Source: Ptychomitrium polyphyllum (lineage: Eukaryota). Taken from it: a stretch of 64,000 nt of DNA. The notes below the pieces were generated by a model. That model searched no databases. It was not told the origin of the DNA and worked only from the letters and a program-made list of their open reading frames with translations. The first letter of the stretch is position 1, and every line of letters starts with the position of its first letter. The position numbers and the translations under genes were made by a program. Below are positions 1-12,090 of this stretch, piece after piece. The stretch covers positions 21,576,001 to 21,640,000 of the forward strand of contig OZ316775.1 of NCBI GenBank assembly GCA_973851085.1, read 5' to 3'.

Positions 1-1551
1 AATAACTTTTGAGTCATGTTTTTATATATTAAGCATACTTGATACTAAAAATTCTTCATATAATTTTTTTCTATTCACACATTATTTTTTCTTTATAACG
101 TAATTTTTTAAATTTATACAATCATATACATTGTTTTATTTTTATAAGAATTTATAGATTTATATAAGCATATACTTTAGGCCTAGTTTTAATTCTATAA
201 ATTACTTTATAAGTACTTTAGATGTAGTTCTTAAAAAATTTAGACTTCCTTAAGATATAAAATTTAATAATTTATTGTTTTAATTCAAAAAATTAGTTTA
301 ATAAATATTAGATTTGGCAATATATAGCCAAAAGAATATTTAGTTCTAAATGCAAATTATGTTATTTTAAGATCCATACCAATAAAAAAACATACATGTG
401 GTGTTTTTTTCAAAAAAATTTATTTATGCCAAATTTGTTCATAAATAGTAATTTATACATTACCTTGTTTTATTTTTGCTTTCATTTTTGCATAATATAA
501 GTCTATAATATTTGTTGATACCAAATTTCAATGGTTTGCAATGGCTAATAAGCCTCAACATAACCTAATTAAACTAAAAATGTTGTAACAAAATTAAAAA
601 TATAATGGATAATGAGTATATTATTATACATGTTTACAAACACAAATACTTACAAGCATTGAGTTTTTTAAACATTTTAAATTCATGAAAAGTTATCCTT
701 TTTAAATTATTAGAATTATTTTAAAATTAGATATGATGCTTATATTCCTAAATTCTAGGAACCAATTAGAAGCTAATGCACAATTAAAAGTGAAGATGAA
801 ACTTTAGAAAACAAGAAATATGAGGGGTGAGGGACTTTTGACCTCCAAATTTTGACCAATATGAATTACTTCCACCATCCCCTTAAGGCTTCTACTTCCA
901 AACTCAAGACTCCCACTTTGATAATCTAAGGTTAAGTAGGCACAAAAAGACGATTGATGCCTCTTTTATGATGAAATATGGAATGGATTTAGAATTGTGG
1001 TGGAGTGTGGAATGGGAAAAAAACAAGGCGGCAGCCTTGCTTGTGCAGATAACTAGCAGATAAGCTGTCCTGCAACCAGACATGAACACGGTGATACTAC
1101 CAAGGCAAGCGAACGGCACACCATTCTTTGTCTGAAATCAACAAGAGACGTACACTTCACTACAGTGATTGTGTAGCACTTGGTGATATCTTATAGTCTC
1201 GAAAAGCGACGACATCAAGTAGCAGCAAACTACACCAACTGAAAGTGTGTCTTGAGAAAGATCTGCTCAACCGAACTGAAACCCATGGCCTTTCCGCTTT
1301 TGAACTCCAACTTCGGTTCAAAGGCTCGGCATGGATCGGAAGGAGGTCACCTCTAATAATTGATGGAGTTCCTCTCAGGAACACACAATTCCTTCTTCAG
1401 AAATGACATAGTTTACATTCCGCATGAGACATTTCAGTTTACTGCTGCTGAACACAGTCCACATGCATGACAACAGCATGTGAGGTTTAGAATTTGCTAC
1501 AAAACTTGTGACCAAAACTAAACTTGCTCTGCTTGTCTCCTATCTGTACAG

Positions 1552-2917
1552 CCATCGTCCTGGTGAGCAGTGACGATACGGTGGACACTAGCATTGCGGC
1601 AAGTATAGCACCATGATCAGCTGCGTACAAGCGGAAGAGTCCTGCGAGTTTAGATAATTTTGACGGAGGAGGCTCTCACACACGTGCACGTAAAGCACTG
1701 CAGCCCAACTGGGGTGGCCCTGAGGTACTGGCACTCATCGCTGAAAAGGAGAAGGAGCATGAAGCCCTGAAACTCAACTCTGAAGCAAGGGACAACCTGG
1801 AGGCTGCAATAACCAAGTGGAATCGAATTGCAGAGGCGGTGGCTGGGTCCGGCTGCTCCACATTTCCTAAAACTTGGCGCCGCTTGCAAGGATAAGTGGC
1901 AAGGCTTTTTCAGTAACTACAAGAAGATCTTTGACTATTGGGAGGCCACGGGGAGCAATGAAGATTGTTACTGCATAACCAGCAAGCGCCGAAGAGAGCT
2001 CTGCCTGCCTCCCAACTTCTCGGGAATTCATTACCAATAGATTCACAAATTTCTGCATCAACGTCCATGCCTCAATGCACCCCGTCACAGGAACACATTG
2101 GATTTCGAGCAGACTGTGCACATGAGCACCGAGGAGCTTATCAACCCACAATACCGACCTCAACACTCTTAGTGTTGATGACTTCGTGCTCAACCCCGTA
2201 ACTCATAATTCGCTAGCGACCCTCAGTAGGCGGCCTCCGAGACCACCTGCATCAAGGGTTCACCAAGCTCCAGTGAAGGGTAAGGAGAAGGTAAGGGATA
2301 GTGCCACGAAGGATCCTCCTCCTTCCAACACTGTTGTCAGACGCCGTCAGTCCTTATCCCAGAGTAAGATGGTAGAAGTCACAGAGTCCCAGGAAAAGGA
2401 CATTGTGAATAGCATGAAGCAGGTGAATGAGGTAGAGGGCCAGAATGTCCAAGCTGTGTCGGTCCTTGCAGAGAAGCAGCAGGAGTATTTCAGAATACGT
2501 GATAAAGAAATTGCCTTCAAACATAGCGGTTTTATAAACGCCGTAGCAAGACTTTCAAGTGTCATTGGCATGGCCTACAATGGCAGAGTGAGCGCTGATT
2601 GCGGTACTCCTCAGAGGGTGCTCATTCAATATGCAGGAGTAGGAGTTCACTCCTCTGGAGTGCCATGTCCAGCAGCCTTTGATGAGACGGTGGAGGAAGA
2701 TGTGAAACACCCCATCCCGGACTGGGAGGCCGCCGGCTTCGAGCACATAAACGTCGAAGACCCGAGCACGCCACCGGAGGACAACTCACCCGTCCGAGAG
2801 GAAGACATTGGCGGGGAGTCGGACTTCAACACTCATGCAAACGGAGCTCCTGTGCCGGGACCAGATGCTCCGGACAAAGACGGGTACATCCACATCAATG
2901 CCGAGGACCCGCTGTAA
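1552..2917 (+). pseudogene. Myb/SANT-like (trihelix-type) DNA-binding protein pseudogene, Harbinger ORF1-like
   Basis: Manual translation gives QPNWGGPEVLALIAEKEKEH...KWNRIAEAVAGSGCS, a frameshift near 1870, then GAACKDKWQGFFSNYKKIFDYWEATGSNED...RRELCLPPNF...Y*IHKFLHQRP, the trihelix W-W-W pattern. Stops at 1614-1616 and 2038-2040. A second frameshift near 2140-2170 leads into the 243-aa ORF with a coiled-coil-like segment (AEKQQEYFRIRDKEIA...FINAVARLSSVI). Acceptor-like ctgtacag ends at 1551. Confidence 0.75.
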
Positions 2918-3060
2918 ATGCCGTGAAGCATGCTGCACATAGTACAAGACTCCTAGCATGTACACGCACGTGAACAACCGATTTCTGAGCAATGACAATT
3001 AAGAAATTTCAGAGTAATGTGGTGTATGTTTTTCACTTTATGCTGTTTCGAGCAATGTGT

Positions 3061-3380
3061 TTAATTCTGGCGAATATAACGTGGAAGCAGTAGAGGTAGA
3101 GGCACTTTGATGCAGAAACCGTTAATATTTGCTACGCTGAATCTATTCATTCTGAAGTTCTCGATCCAGCGACAGTTGTCACAGACAGAAATTAGGTGTT
3201 CACTACACCGTGTTGTGCTCCTCGGCTTAACCCAGCACAGTAAGCCATCATCGAAGCACAGGAAAACCACATGCGACACTCTAATCTTACATTGCGGCTG
3301 TAGACATTTGCAAGCTGGACATCACGAGGAGAAGAGCATTGACAATGGAAGTGCAGGATGGAGGTCGCGGAGGGAGCTCT
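3061..3380 (-). pseudogene. PIF/Harbinger transposase N-terminal fragment
   Basis: ORF 3061-3279(-) contains CWVKPRSTT...CDNCRWIENFRMNRFSV, resembling from recall the W-ENFRM region upstream of the HTH/DDE domain of plant Harbinger transposases. No DDE domain follows, and there are upstream in-frame stops. Confidence 0.65.
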
Positions 3381-4669
3381 AATATGTTTCGGAAGGCCCG
3401 AGAAACTGCTAACCGTTAGAAAACAGCGAATTGCAGTGTGTGCATCGCGGAATGATTAGCCGTGATAACTTCATCTTGACGCGCAAGTCTGGCCGGGGAG
3501 CAGACTAGACTCTCTCAGAATCCAACCCACTGCAAAGTGAAGTGACGTGTTATTCCTCCATGTTAGAGGCCCTTACCAAACCCTACGTTACCTGCAGCGG
3601 ACTTGGGTGTGAAGGACCTCGAAGTCTGTCTAAACTTTTGAAGACGAAGTTTACAATGATTGGTAGACCTAATCCAGGCCACAGGCCATTCTGACCCGGC
3701 CCCTCCAACCCATCCACCACCACCCTACAATAATGCTCGCTCTCCAATCTATCCGTGCCATAGATCTTCAACCACATCGCAACTTCCGTTCTCGATTCCA
3801 CCGAAATCTACCTTATCCCAAGAATACTTCGTCTTCTTGCTTCGAACTCCTCAACAACTTCTCCAAAAGGGACGACGCCATAGCCATCTACATGGGAGAG
3901 GGCCTCCAGAGTTCACGATCTCTCGATACCTCCCCGTAGTACCACTTAGGCATCACACTAGCAACACCATGATATAACATCAGTATCACATAGGTATCGG
4001 AGACGGAGCGCTCGTCGCCTTAACCATCGCAACAGAGTCGCAAGTCTTACACAGACTTGCGATCTTCCGATACTGGGCCCAGATATCACCCAGATGTTAC
4101 GGACGCATCAGCCAGATATCAGGACAGTCTATGCATAGTATCACCAGGTATCGCTCCAAAAGGAAGACATAGAATACTCTCGGAGAGTCCATTTGCATCG
4201 CCACTGACTTCTGGAGCTCGCACGCTCGCACTCCCCGGTGCGCTTGGTTGCCTTCCCCGCGTCGTCACTGCCATTGCCCGATTGTAACTCTGAGCTGAGC
4301 TGCACGTGTAGTTGAAGCGCTTTCGATCGGCCTCGTCCCCGTCGAGTTTAGATCACTTTGGAGTTAGTGGAGGTTTATTAGGGTTTGATTGGGAATGCGA
4401 ACGATGTGAGCGTTGTGAAGTGGTGAGAATCGAGAGCGACGTAGCTGTGAAAGTTCGTTTCTCGGGGCTTGGAGGCTCTGAGGTGTAGATCGGGATGAGT
4501 TTGACTTGGCAGGGCGGGAGGTGGTGGTGATGGATGGAGGCTCAGGCTAGGGGATTTGAAGCGGATGGTTTTGGGTTTTAGGGTGCGGTGCGGTGCGGGA
4601 GCGGGATTCTAGAAAGCGAACTGGGATCTTGACATTTTCGCTCCTTGGAAGGAGCGAGTTTCTTTCGCA

Positions 4670-7600
4670 ATGGGGACCAGATTAAGGTATGTTTCCTGTG
4701 ACGTCTTGACGAGGTGTTGCGTGGCCAATGATTATGTATCTAGTAGTTTTTAGGAGCTTTTCTGTAGTTTTCCCTTGGTTTATCAGCTGATCGCCGCTTG
4801 TTCGGGTTTTCGGGCAGCACAGGAGTTTGAAGTAGCTGTTCTTGTGAGACGAATCGTTTTTTGTTATGCGTCCGTCTTGTAGTTGGTGAACGCCATTCCA
4901 GGCCTAGGTAATCAGATCCATATATCGGAGTTGGAGATGCATTCATCTGAAAATAATCATCTCTCATAATTGCTTCCAAGCCTGAATGTCTTACGGCTTG
5001 AAATGAATGGCAGAGGTTGCTCTGGTTTGGGAAGCAATCAGAACATTTCGGAAGTGACCGTGCTAGTCCTTGCTTATTTTGGCACGAATGACCTGTCCTG
5101 TGACGTAGTAGCAGCATCATGCCGTTCTATGATAAAGCCCGGGGCATAGCCTTCGTATGCAAGTTCTTGCTTAGTCTTCGGTGTTCATTGGACGTATAAA
5201 CCCTAAAATTGGAATGTGGTTGAGCGTCTCGGCACTTCAGGCGTTGGAAGATCTTGTCTAGTATGAGCGGAGTATAATAGTCAGAACCTTTTTGTTCCTT
5301 CAGCACTTCGTCGAGTCCAGGACTAACTGAACTGGGTATTTCCTTGGATCCACGGCTAGCTTTGACGTTGCACTTCCAACATGGCATATCAATTTCGACT
5401 GTTTATTTGGAATGTGACAGCAACAATAGGAGGTTTAGTTTCTTAGCCTGCCTTTCGTTCTCCTTGTGATAACTGGTTTGTTTTGCTTCAGGGACATGAT
5501 ACGGTCCATTCGGGCTTGTAAAACTGCTGCTGAGGAGAGAAGCGTTGTGGCGAAAGAGTGTGCAGTACTCCGAAATGCCTTTAAAGACAATGACCAGGAT
5601 TACCGACACCGCAATGTTGCAAAACTCATGTTCATCCACATGTTGGGTTATCCCACCCACTTTGGTCAGATGGAATGCATCAAGTTGATTGCTGCAGGCA
5701 GTTTTCCCGAGAAAAGAATTGGTTACTTGGGTCTTATGTTGCTGCTTGATGAGCGCCAGGAGGTGTTGATGTTGGTGACCAATTCCTTGAAAAAGTATGT
5801 CATCGTTACCCTCTGTAATATAGTGGCTGTGCATGTCTTTAGGCTATTGTTGCAGCGTTTCCTTGTTCGTCGAGAACCGACGATTCGTGCCCATAATAAT
5901 TGCCCAAAGACCCACAGTGGTTCTCAAAGGTTTCGGATACATACCAATTAGAAATATACTTCTGGAGGGTTAAATTCCGATTCAATGCATAATCTACTTG
6001 ATTATTGCATGAATGTACATTGACATTCATGTTTGTCGACTTTGCTGCAGTGACTTGAGCCACAGCAATCAGTTTATTGTCGGGTTGGCGTTGTGTGCGC
6101 TTGGTAACATATGTACTGCGGAGATGGCTAGGGATCTTGCTCCAGAAGTGGAAAAGCTTCTACACAGCAACAACTCTTATATTCGTAAGAAGGTTAGGCA
6201 AATTATGTTCTGTTCTTAGGGATATGCCATTACTGTTTTATACTTCCGAAGGGGTGTGTTCAATTGACAGAATGAATAATCAGTAACACTTATAATCTTC
6301 TGGCGCAGATTAACGCCTGTTTTTTAAATCTCCAGGCATCAGGCCTCCTCCAGACCTCTGTTTGCTACCCGTATATGCTAGGATGTGCATAGGTCACTTT
6401 CGTCTTTTCACGTGTGGAAGTAGGAAGCTCATCTGTCCTCATCTGTGTAGTGGTGGTTTTGTTGTCTTGTAGGCAGCGTTATGCTCTGTGAGGATCGTTC
6501 GGAAGGTGCCGGACCTTGTGGAGTATTTAACAATCCCAGCTACAGGACTCCTTTCAGATAAACATCATGGTGTTCTGGTAGCAGGAGTGAAGCTTTGCAC
6601 AGAGCTTTGTCAATCCAACGAGCTCGCCCTTGAGCATTTTAGGAAGGTGTGTGTATATTCACTTTTAACAAACATAAAATTGCGGCATATGTGTGTTCAT
6701 CTTGGTTTTTCCATAGTCGAAGATAGATCACTTTAGGTAGAATTTTTTGTTTGGTGTACCAGGAGTATCCTTTGCAAACCTGGCAGATGACGATGATTAT
6801 TTCTTGATTTTCCGAACTGTGTTTCTGTTTGTGCAGCATGTAACAACAATGGTCCGGGTTTTGAAAAACCTGGTGGTCAGTGGCTATGTTCCTGAGTATG
6901 ATATTAGTGGGATTACGGATCCCTTTCTACAAATCAAGCTTCTTAGACTGCTACGTTTGCTTGGGAAGAAAGATGCTGATGTCAGCGACATCATGAGTGA
7001 CATACTTGCTCAGGTCATTTATCACCACAACTTTGTATTTCAGCGCGCTTCACTCTCCTACGGCTAATCATTCTAAGGTAGTCTTTTGTTTTAGCTTATT
7101 GAAAACCGTTTTCAAACTTGTTTTACAGGTTGCAACAAATACAGAGGGAAACAAAAATGCAGGTAATGCAATTTTGTACGAGTGTGTACAGACTATCATG
7201 GCTATAGAGGCCATTGGAGGCCTTCGCGTATTGGCTATTAATATTTTGGGACGCTTTTTGGCAAATCGAGATAACAATATAAGGTTCGTCGTTCTTCCTG
7301 TATCACTTGGTTTTCCATTGTTTCTCTGAGAGGGACTGCTCTTCAGTCTTGGTACATCCTAATTTTCGTTGCATTGTAACTTGGGCAATGGGCATCCTCG
7401 TTAAGCGAAACCTGAATAAATGAAAAAGTACTCGATTTCTTCCTCCTTTTTCACATATTTTGTAACCTTTTCTTAGGTTGTAGAATCTGTTAAGCATGCA
7501 AGATATGAATAGTCTTGTTTAAGAGAGGAAGAGACAGTGCATTTATGTTCTGGAGCTTTTATATGTTGTTTGTGGAGTATATATTTGTATTTCTTTGAAG

Positions 7601-10600
7601 TCTAGTAGTTTGAATTTGCAATTAATATTTGCTCGTGTAAATATTTGTTGCAGATATGTTGCTCTTAACACTCTTGTCAAGGTTGTATCAGTGGATACTC
7701 AAGCAGTTCAGCGACATCGTGCTACGATCGTTGAATGTGTCAAAGTATGAAGTCTACCTTTCTCAGTTGCATTACATGGTTTAATTTAAGAACATACCTA
7801 ACTGCGAAGTCCTGCCTTGACTACATAGTGATCGATGAGAAACTTTTTTGGCTGTAAAAACAGACTTATCTACAACGTCCGTTGATTCTGTCAGATGGCC
7901 AATAAAAGTGTCTTTTTGTCGACTAAGAAACTTAAGGATTAAGACACTTCTCGTGAATTGTTCATGTTATCAAAGTGGTTAGAGTCTACATGCTTTGACT
8001 TTTCTGCCTCAGTGAGTGTGCAGGTGTTTTAGATTTGCAAGACTTCCACTTGTTCTCAACACCATATATGGCATTTAATATTTAGAAGTGACCCAATATA
8101 TTCTGTGCAGGATTCAGATGTCTCCATACGGAGACGAGCTCTGGAGCTTGTTTGTGCATTGGTCAATGAAACCAATGTCAAAGTTTTGACGAAGGAACTC
8201 GTTGAGTATCTGAAAGTCAGTGTTCCTGAGTTTAAGGGAGACCTCACCGCAAAGATCTCTGGACTTGTCCAAAAGTAAGTTATTTAGCACGTTTATTAAT
8301 TTTCTGGCGTCTTTTATCAATTTCTTCCCTTCCGTTTTGCGATGATGTAGGCTTTTGAATTCATGTTTTTGGGTTTTACTTTCTTAGAACCTTGAAATTT
8401 TCAGGCTTGAGAAGATCGTGTTGGATCTGTGGAGGATTTTTTAACTTATTCGTATCTTGCAGATTCGCACCAAATAAGCAGTGGTATATTGATCAGATGA
8501 TTCTGCTTATGGTTGAGGTATTTTCTTGCCCCTTCTGATATGAATATAACTCGACAGCCAGTGTCTGCTTCATCCACAGTTGTTATTTGCTATGCTGGCT
8601 GCCTACTGCTTTTTTAGAGTATGGACTGCATATTTAGATCAATTTATAACTGAACTGTATTTGCATTGTGCTTGGACTGATCGACAGAATTTAAGGGTGA
8701 GATTAAGGTTGGTTTAAGATGTTGATCAGATGTAATAATTTCATAGCTCTTGGTTGTAAAGTAGAAAGTAACAGGTCTTGGTGTCAAACAATCCAGAAGT
8801 TTTACTCATCTTGTGGTATCTGGTATAAGTGGTTTTCCTTTATGGATATCTCCGACTGTGCCCAGCCTGTTAACAATGGCGCTCTGATTTTGTGTATAGG
8901 CTGGGAAATATGTTACTAGTGATGTGACCAGATCTTTGGTGGTAGTTATAAGCAATGCAAATGATCTTCAAGGCTATACAGTTCGAACCCTTTATCGAGT
9001 GTTTCAAACGTGGGATGGACAGGTATGGCATTTTTGCTGAGATGTTGACGGCATGAGAACCAATACCGTCATGCCGTCATTTTTAGGTTTAAATTCGTAT
9101 ATTTTAATGTGGTTTGCCAGAAAATAGTTTATATTGTTGTGATGACTTACAAATGATGCACTTGGTGGACATGCTAATTCAGTTACCATTAACGCATAAG
9201 CACAATTGTTAAGCTCCTCGTTGGACGCGTGCAGGAAAGTCTTGGACAGGTCACTGTTTGGTGCATTGGTGAGTATGGAGAGATGTTAGTGAACCATTCA
9301 AATGAGTTGGAAGGCGAAGATCCTCTTATTGTACGTGTTTTCTGGACTAACTATCAAGTGCTTTATGTACAGTAATTGCATTAATTGAGCTTAGTTTTTG
9401 TGTTTGCTATTCTCTTTCCTGCTTTTTGTTGGCCAAATGACAGATGAGAGGCTTGTTAGTACTGGTCCGAAGTTATTTTAATCATTTTTTTGCATAAAGT
9501 GTAAAATTTATCGGGAAGGTGCGTGGTTTCGTTCACTTTAGCATTTGCATTGGTCAACTCCGCTTCAATTTATTGGGAAGTTGTTCTAGAATTTAAATTG
9601 AGTGGTGGTTTTATGCTGCAACAGGTCACAGAATCAGATGTTGTGGATGTTGTTGAAAGTGTCTTGAAAGACTCGAGAGTTACATCCACTACAGTAGCAT
9701 TTGCCCTTACGGCGCTTCTGAAACTTTCATCTCGTTTTCCTGACTGTGCAGAGTAAGTTAAGACATATCCATGTTGGGGCTACACATATATGAACTGACA
9801 GTGTATGAAACCTTTTATGTTCATGATGTGATGTCCTTGTAATGTGATTTTTTGGGATGCACCTTTTTATATTATCCTGTAGTCTTATTATTACTGCTTA
9901 CACATCTGTCTTACTCGCTTTTGCTGGATTTAATGGTGTCAATGTTCCTGTTATACCCTCAAGCAGCCGCATTAAGGCCTTGATCCTGGAGTACAAGGGG
10001 AGTGTAGTACTGGAGTTGCAACAACGTGCTATTGAGTTTGGGTCAATTCTTACTAAGCACAATGAGATCAAGTTAATGTTTAACCTCTTTTTTCTATTAT
10101 GCTCTTTTCATGCTTGGGATCTGTAGAGAGATTGTATGCTTCCAACGTATGTTTGCTGTTTAAGATTTTTTGCTTTATAGACCCGAATTGGCGACAAAAA
10201 ATCTTCAACGTCCTCAACCAGGATGTCTGCAATCCAGAAACCCTTAAAAGTTAATACTTCTTTTTCAAGTTTTGTGCTGAGTTACTATATCTTTGCTCTG
10301 GCAATCTCACTCACCGGGGCTTGTTCTTGATGTCATACTCAGGGGAGCACTTGTAGAGAGAATGCCAGTTTTGGATGAAGCTACGTATTCCGCCAAGCAT
10401 GAAATGGGCATGGACGGTACTACTGCTGCTGTAGCATTTGAGCCCCATGCTAATGGTCATGTCAAGCAACCAAGTGGAGTTAGAAAACAACCTGCCGCCA
10501 CTAGTAACCTTATGGATCTGCTTAGCTTCATGCCTGATGACCAATCGTCCACACCCTCACAATCTGCCGGAGATGCCTTGTTAGACCTTCTTGGTGATGA

Positions 10601-12090
10601 TGGGTCAGTGGGTGGCGGTAACTCCACTGTGTCTTCAGGTACTCTTCTTTACCCAGTTAGAGATTGAATTTAAATTGCAGATTAGATTTGTTTGCAGTTT
10701 GCTTCTGGCTGAAGGCGTATCTGTAACACAATCGAGCAGCTCTAGAGGGTTGGACTTGCATGGTTGCGAGAACCTGTCTTATCTTGTCTTTTGTAGTCCT
10801 TCAAAATGCATTTTTTCCTTTGAACCAACATCTTATTTTTCTATTTTATTGATATTTTTAACTTTGCAGTAAAACCCTCGGCAGGAGGGGCAGGTATGCT
10901 ATTGGATCTTTTATCATTAGATGGGCCGGCTCCTCCTACAACTACTCCTACCGTTACCTCACTGCCAGGGCTACTAGATGCTGATCCTCTTGCGAAAGTT
11001 CCGTTAGCCAACCTTTCTCTTGATGGAGGTACCCCCAAAGGTCCCCTTGCAGTTGCAGATCCTTTTGCCGATCTTATGTCTGCACCTGCGCCTTCGTCTA
11101 CTCCTCCTGCTCCTGGTAAGCTTTAACACATAATCGATTAAATTAAGTCATTACATCCTCTAAATGTGCCTGAACCAGCAAGTGCTCAATCAACCGTATG
11201 TGGGCGTGAAAATCTTTGAGATGCTGTAATTTACCTTAAGATTTTTTAGTTTTTCATATTCCCACAGTACGAGGTTCTAAAATTTTGATGTGTACGGTGG
11301 CTTGAAATTTCGTTTCTTTCCTTGTGACACTTTCTTTACATGTGCTTCGTTTGTAGGGTTCCCAACTATAGTTGCTATGCAAACAAGTGGGCTTAAGATT
11401 ATATTCGACTTCACAAAATCGCCGGATTCACCTAAGACCACTATCATCAAGGCCTCCTACAGTAATTTGTCATCAAATCCTTACGCAGATTTTGTGTTCC
11501 AAGCAGCAGTTCCGAAGGTCTTTGTCTCGACCCTCACTATAGATGGGCATGCTGGTTTTTTAGTATTTTAATATTGTAGAATCGTTTTAACTTGCTTATC
11601 CTGGATTTCCAACGGTCTCAATCTGGTAACATGGCCCTCTTCTCTGTGCCAGTTGTTCGTGAGAGCAGCGACTTCATCATACCATACTGTAACATTAATT
11701 TGTTTCATTCCTTTAGTATTTTCTGGCCAAATTAACACGCTCAATTCTTCTCTGCAGTTCATCCAACTACAGTTGGAGCCTGCTACAAGTGCAACTCTTC
11801 TTGCCAATTCAAGTAACTCAGTTACACAAGTGATCAGAGTCACCAACAATGCGCATGGACAGGTTCTAGTTCTCAATTCTCATAGGCTTTATAATGTAAC
11901 GACACATGTAAATGAGCAAGTCTTTACTTTGGCAGCTTCTCTGTACTACCGTATCAAATTTGTTTCATTATTCTTATACTTAATGGTTGTGCAGAAAGCT
12001 TTGGTGATGAAGTTGAGAATGAGCTACAAAGTGAACGGACAAAATATTTTGGAGCAAGGACAAGTTAATGACTTCCCTGCCGGTTTGTAG
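4670..12090 (+). CDS. AP1G: AP-1 adaptor complex gamma subunit (gamma-adaptin), 18 coding exons
   Basis: Exons, all GT-AG and frame-consistent: 4670-4686, 5492-5794, 6051-6192, 6473-6646, 6837-7013, 7129-7283, 7654-7744, 8111-8274, 8463-8517, 8900-9022, 9235-9330, 9625-9752, 9967-10071, 10343-10638, 10870-11115, 11357-11517, 11758-11862, 11995-12090. Motifs: [58 protein letters not shown], hinge DLL motifs and the ear domain (FVFQAAVPK...FPAGL*). Confidence 0.96.

Larger units (their letters stand above)
886..3572. mobile_element. Degenerate PIF/Harbinger DNA transposon (Myb/SANT ORF on +, truncated transposase on -, convergent)
   Basis: Both Harbinger gene types are present tail-to-tail (next two features). 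Ends are tentative: TTA|AGGCTTCTA at 883-894 and TAGAGGCCC|TTA at 3564-3575 give a 7/9 imperfect TIR with TTA on both sides. The boundaries are much less certain than the internal genes. Confidence 0.6.

Noticed and set aside
5403..5834. 143-aa minus-strand ORF, and similar ORFs opposite AUX1, HMGL, CYP38 and gag exons
   Set aside because: Antisense shadows of real coding exons.
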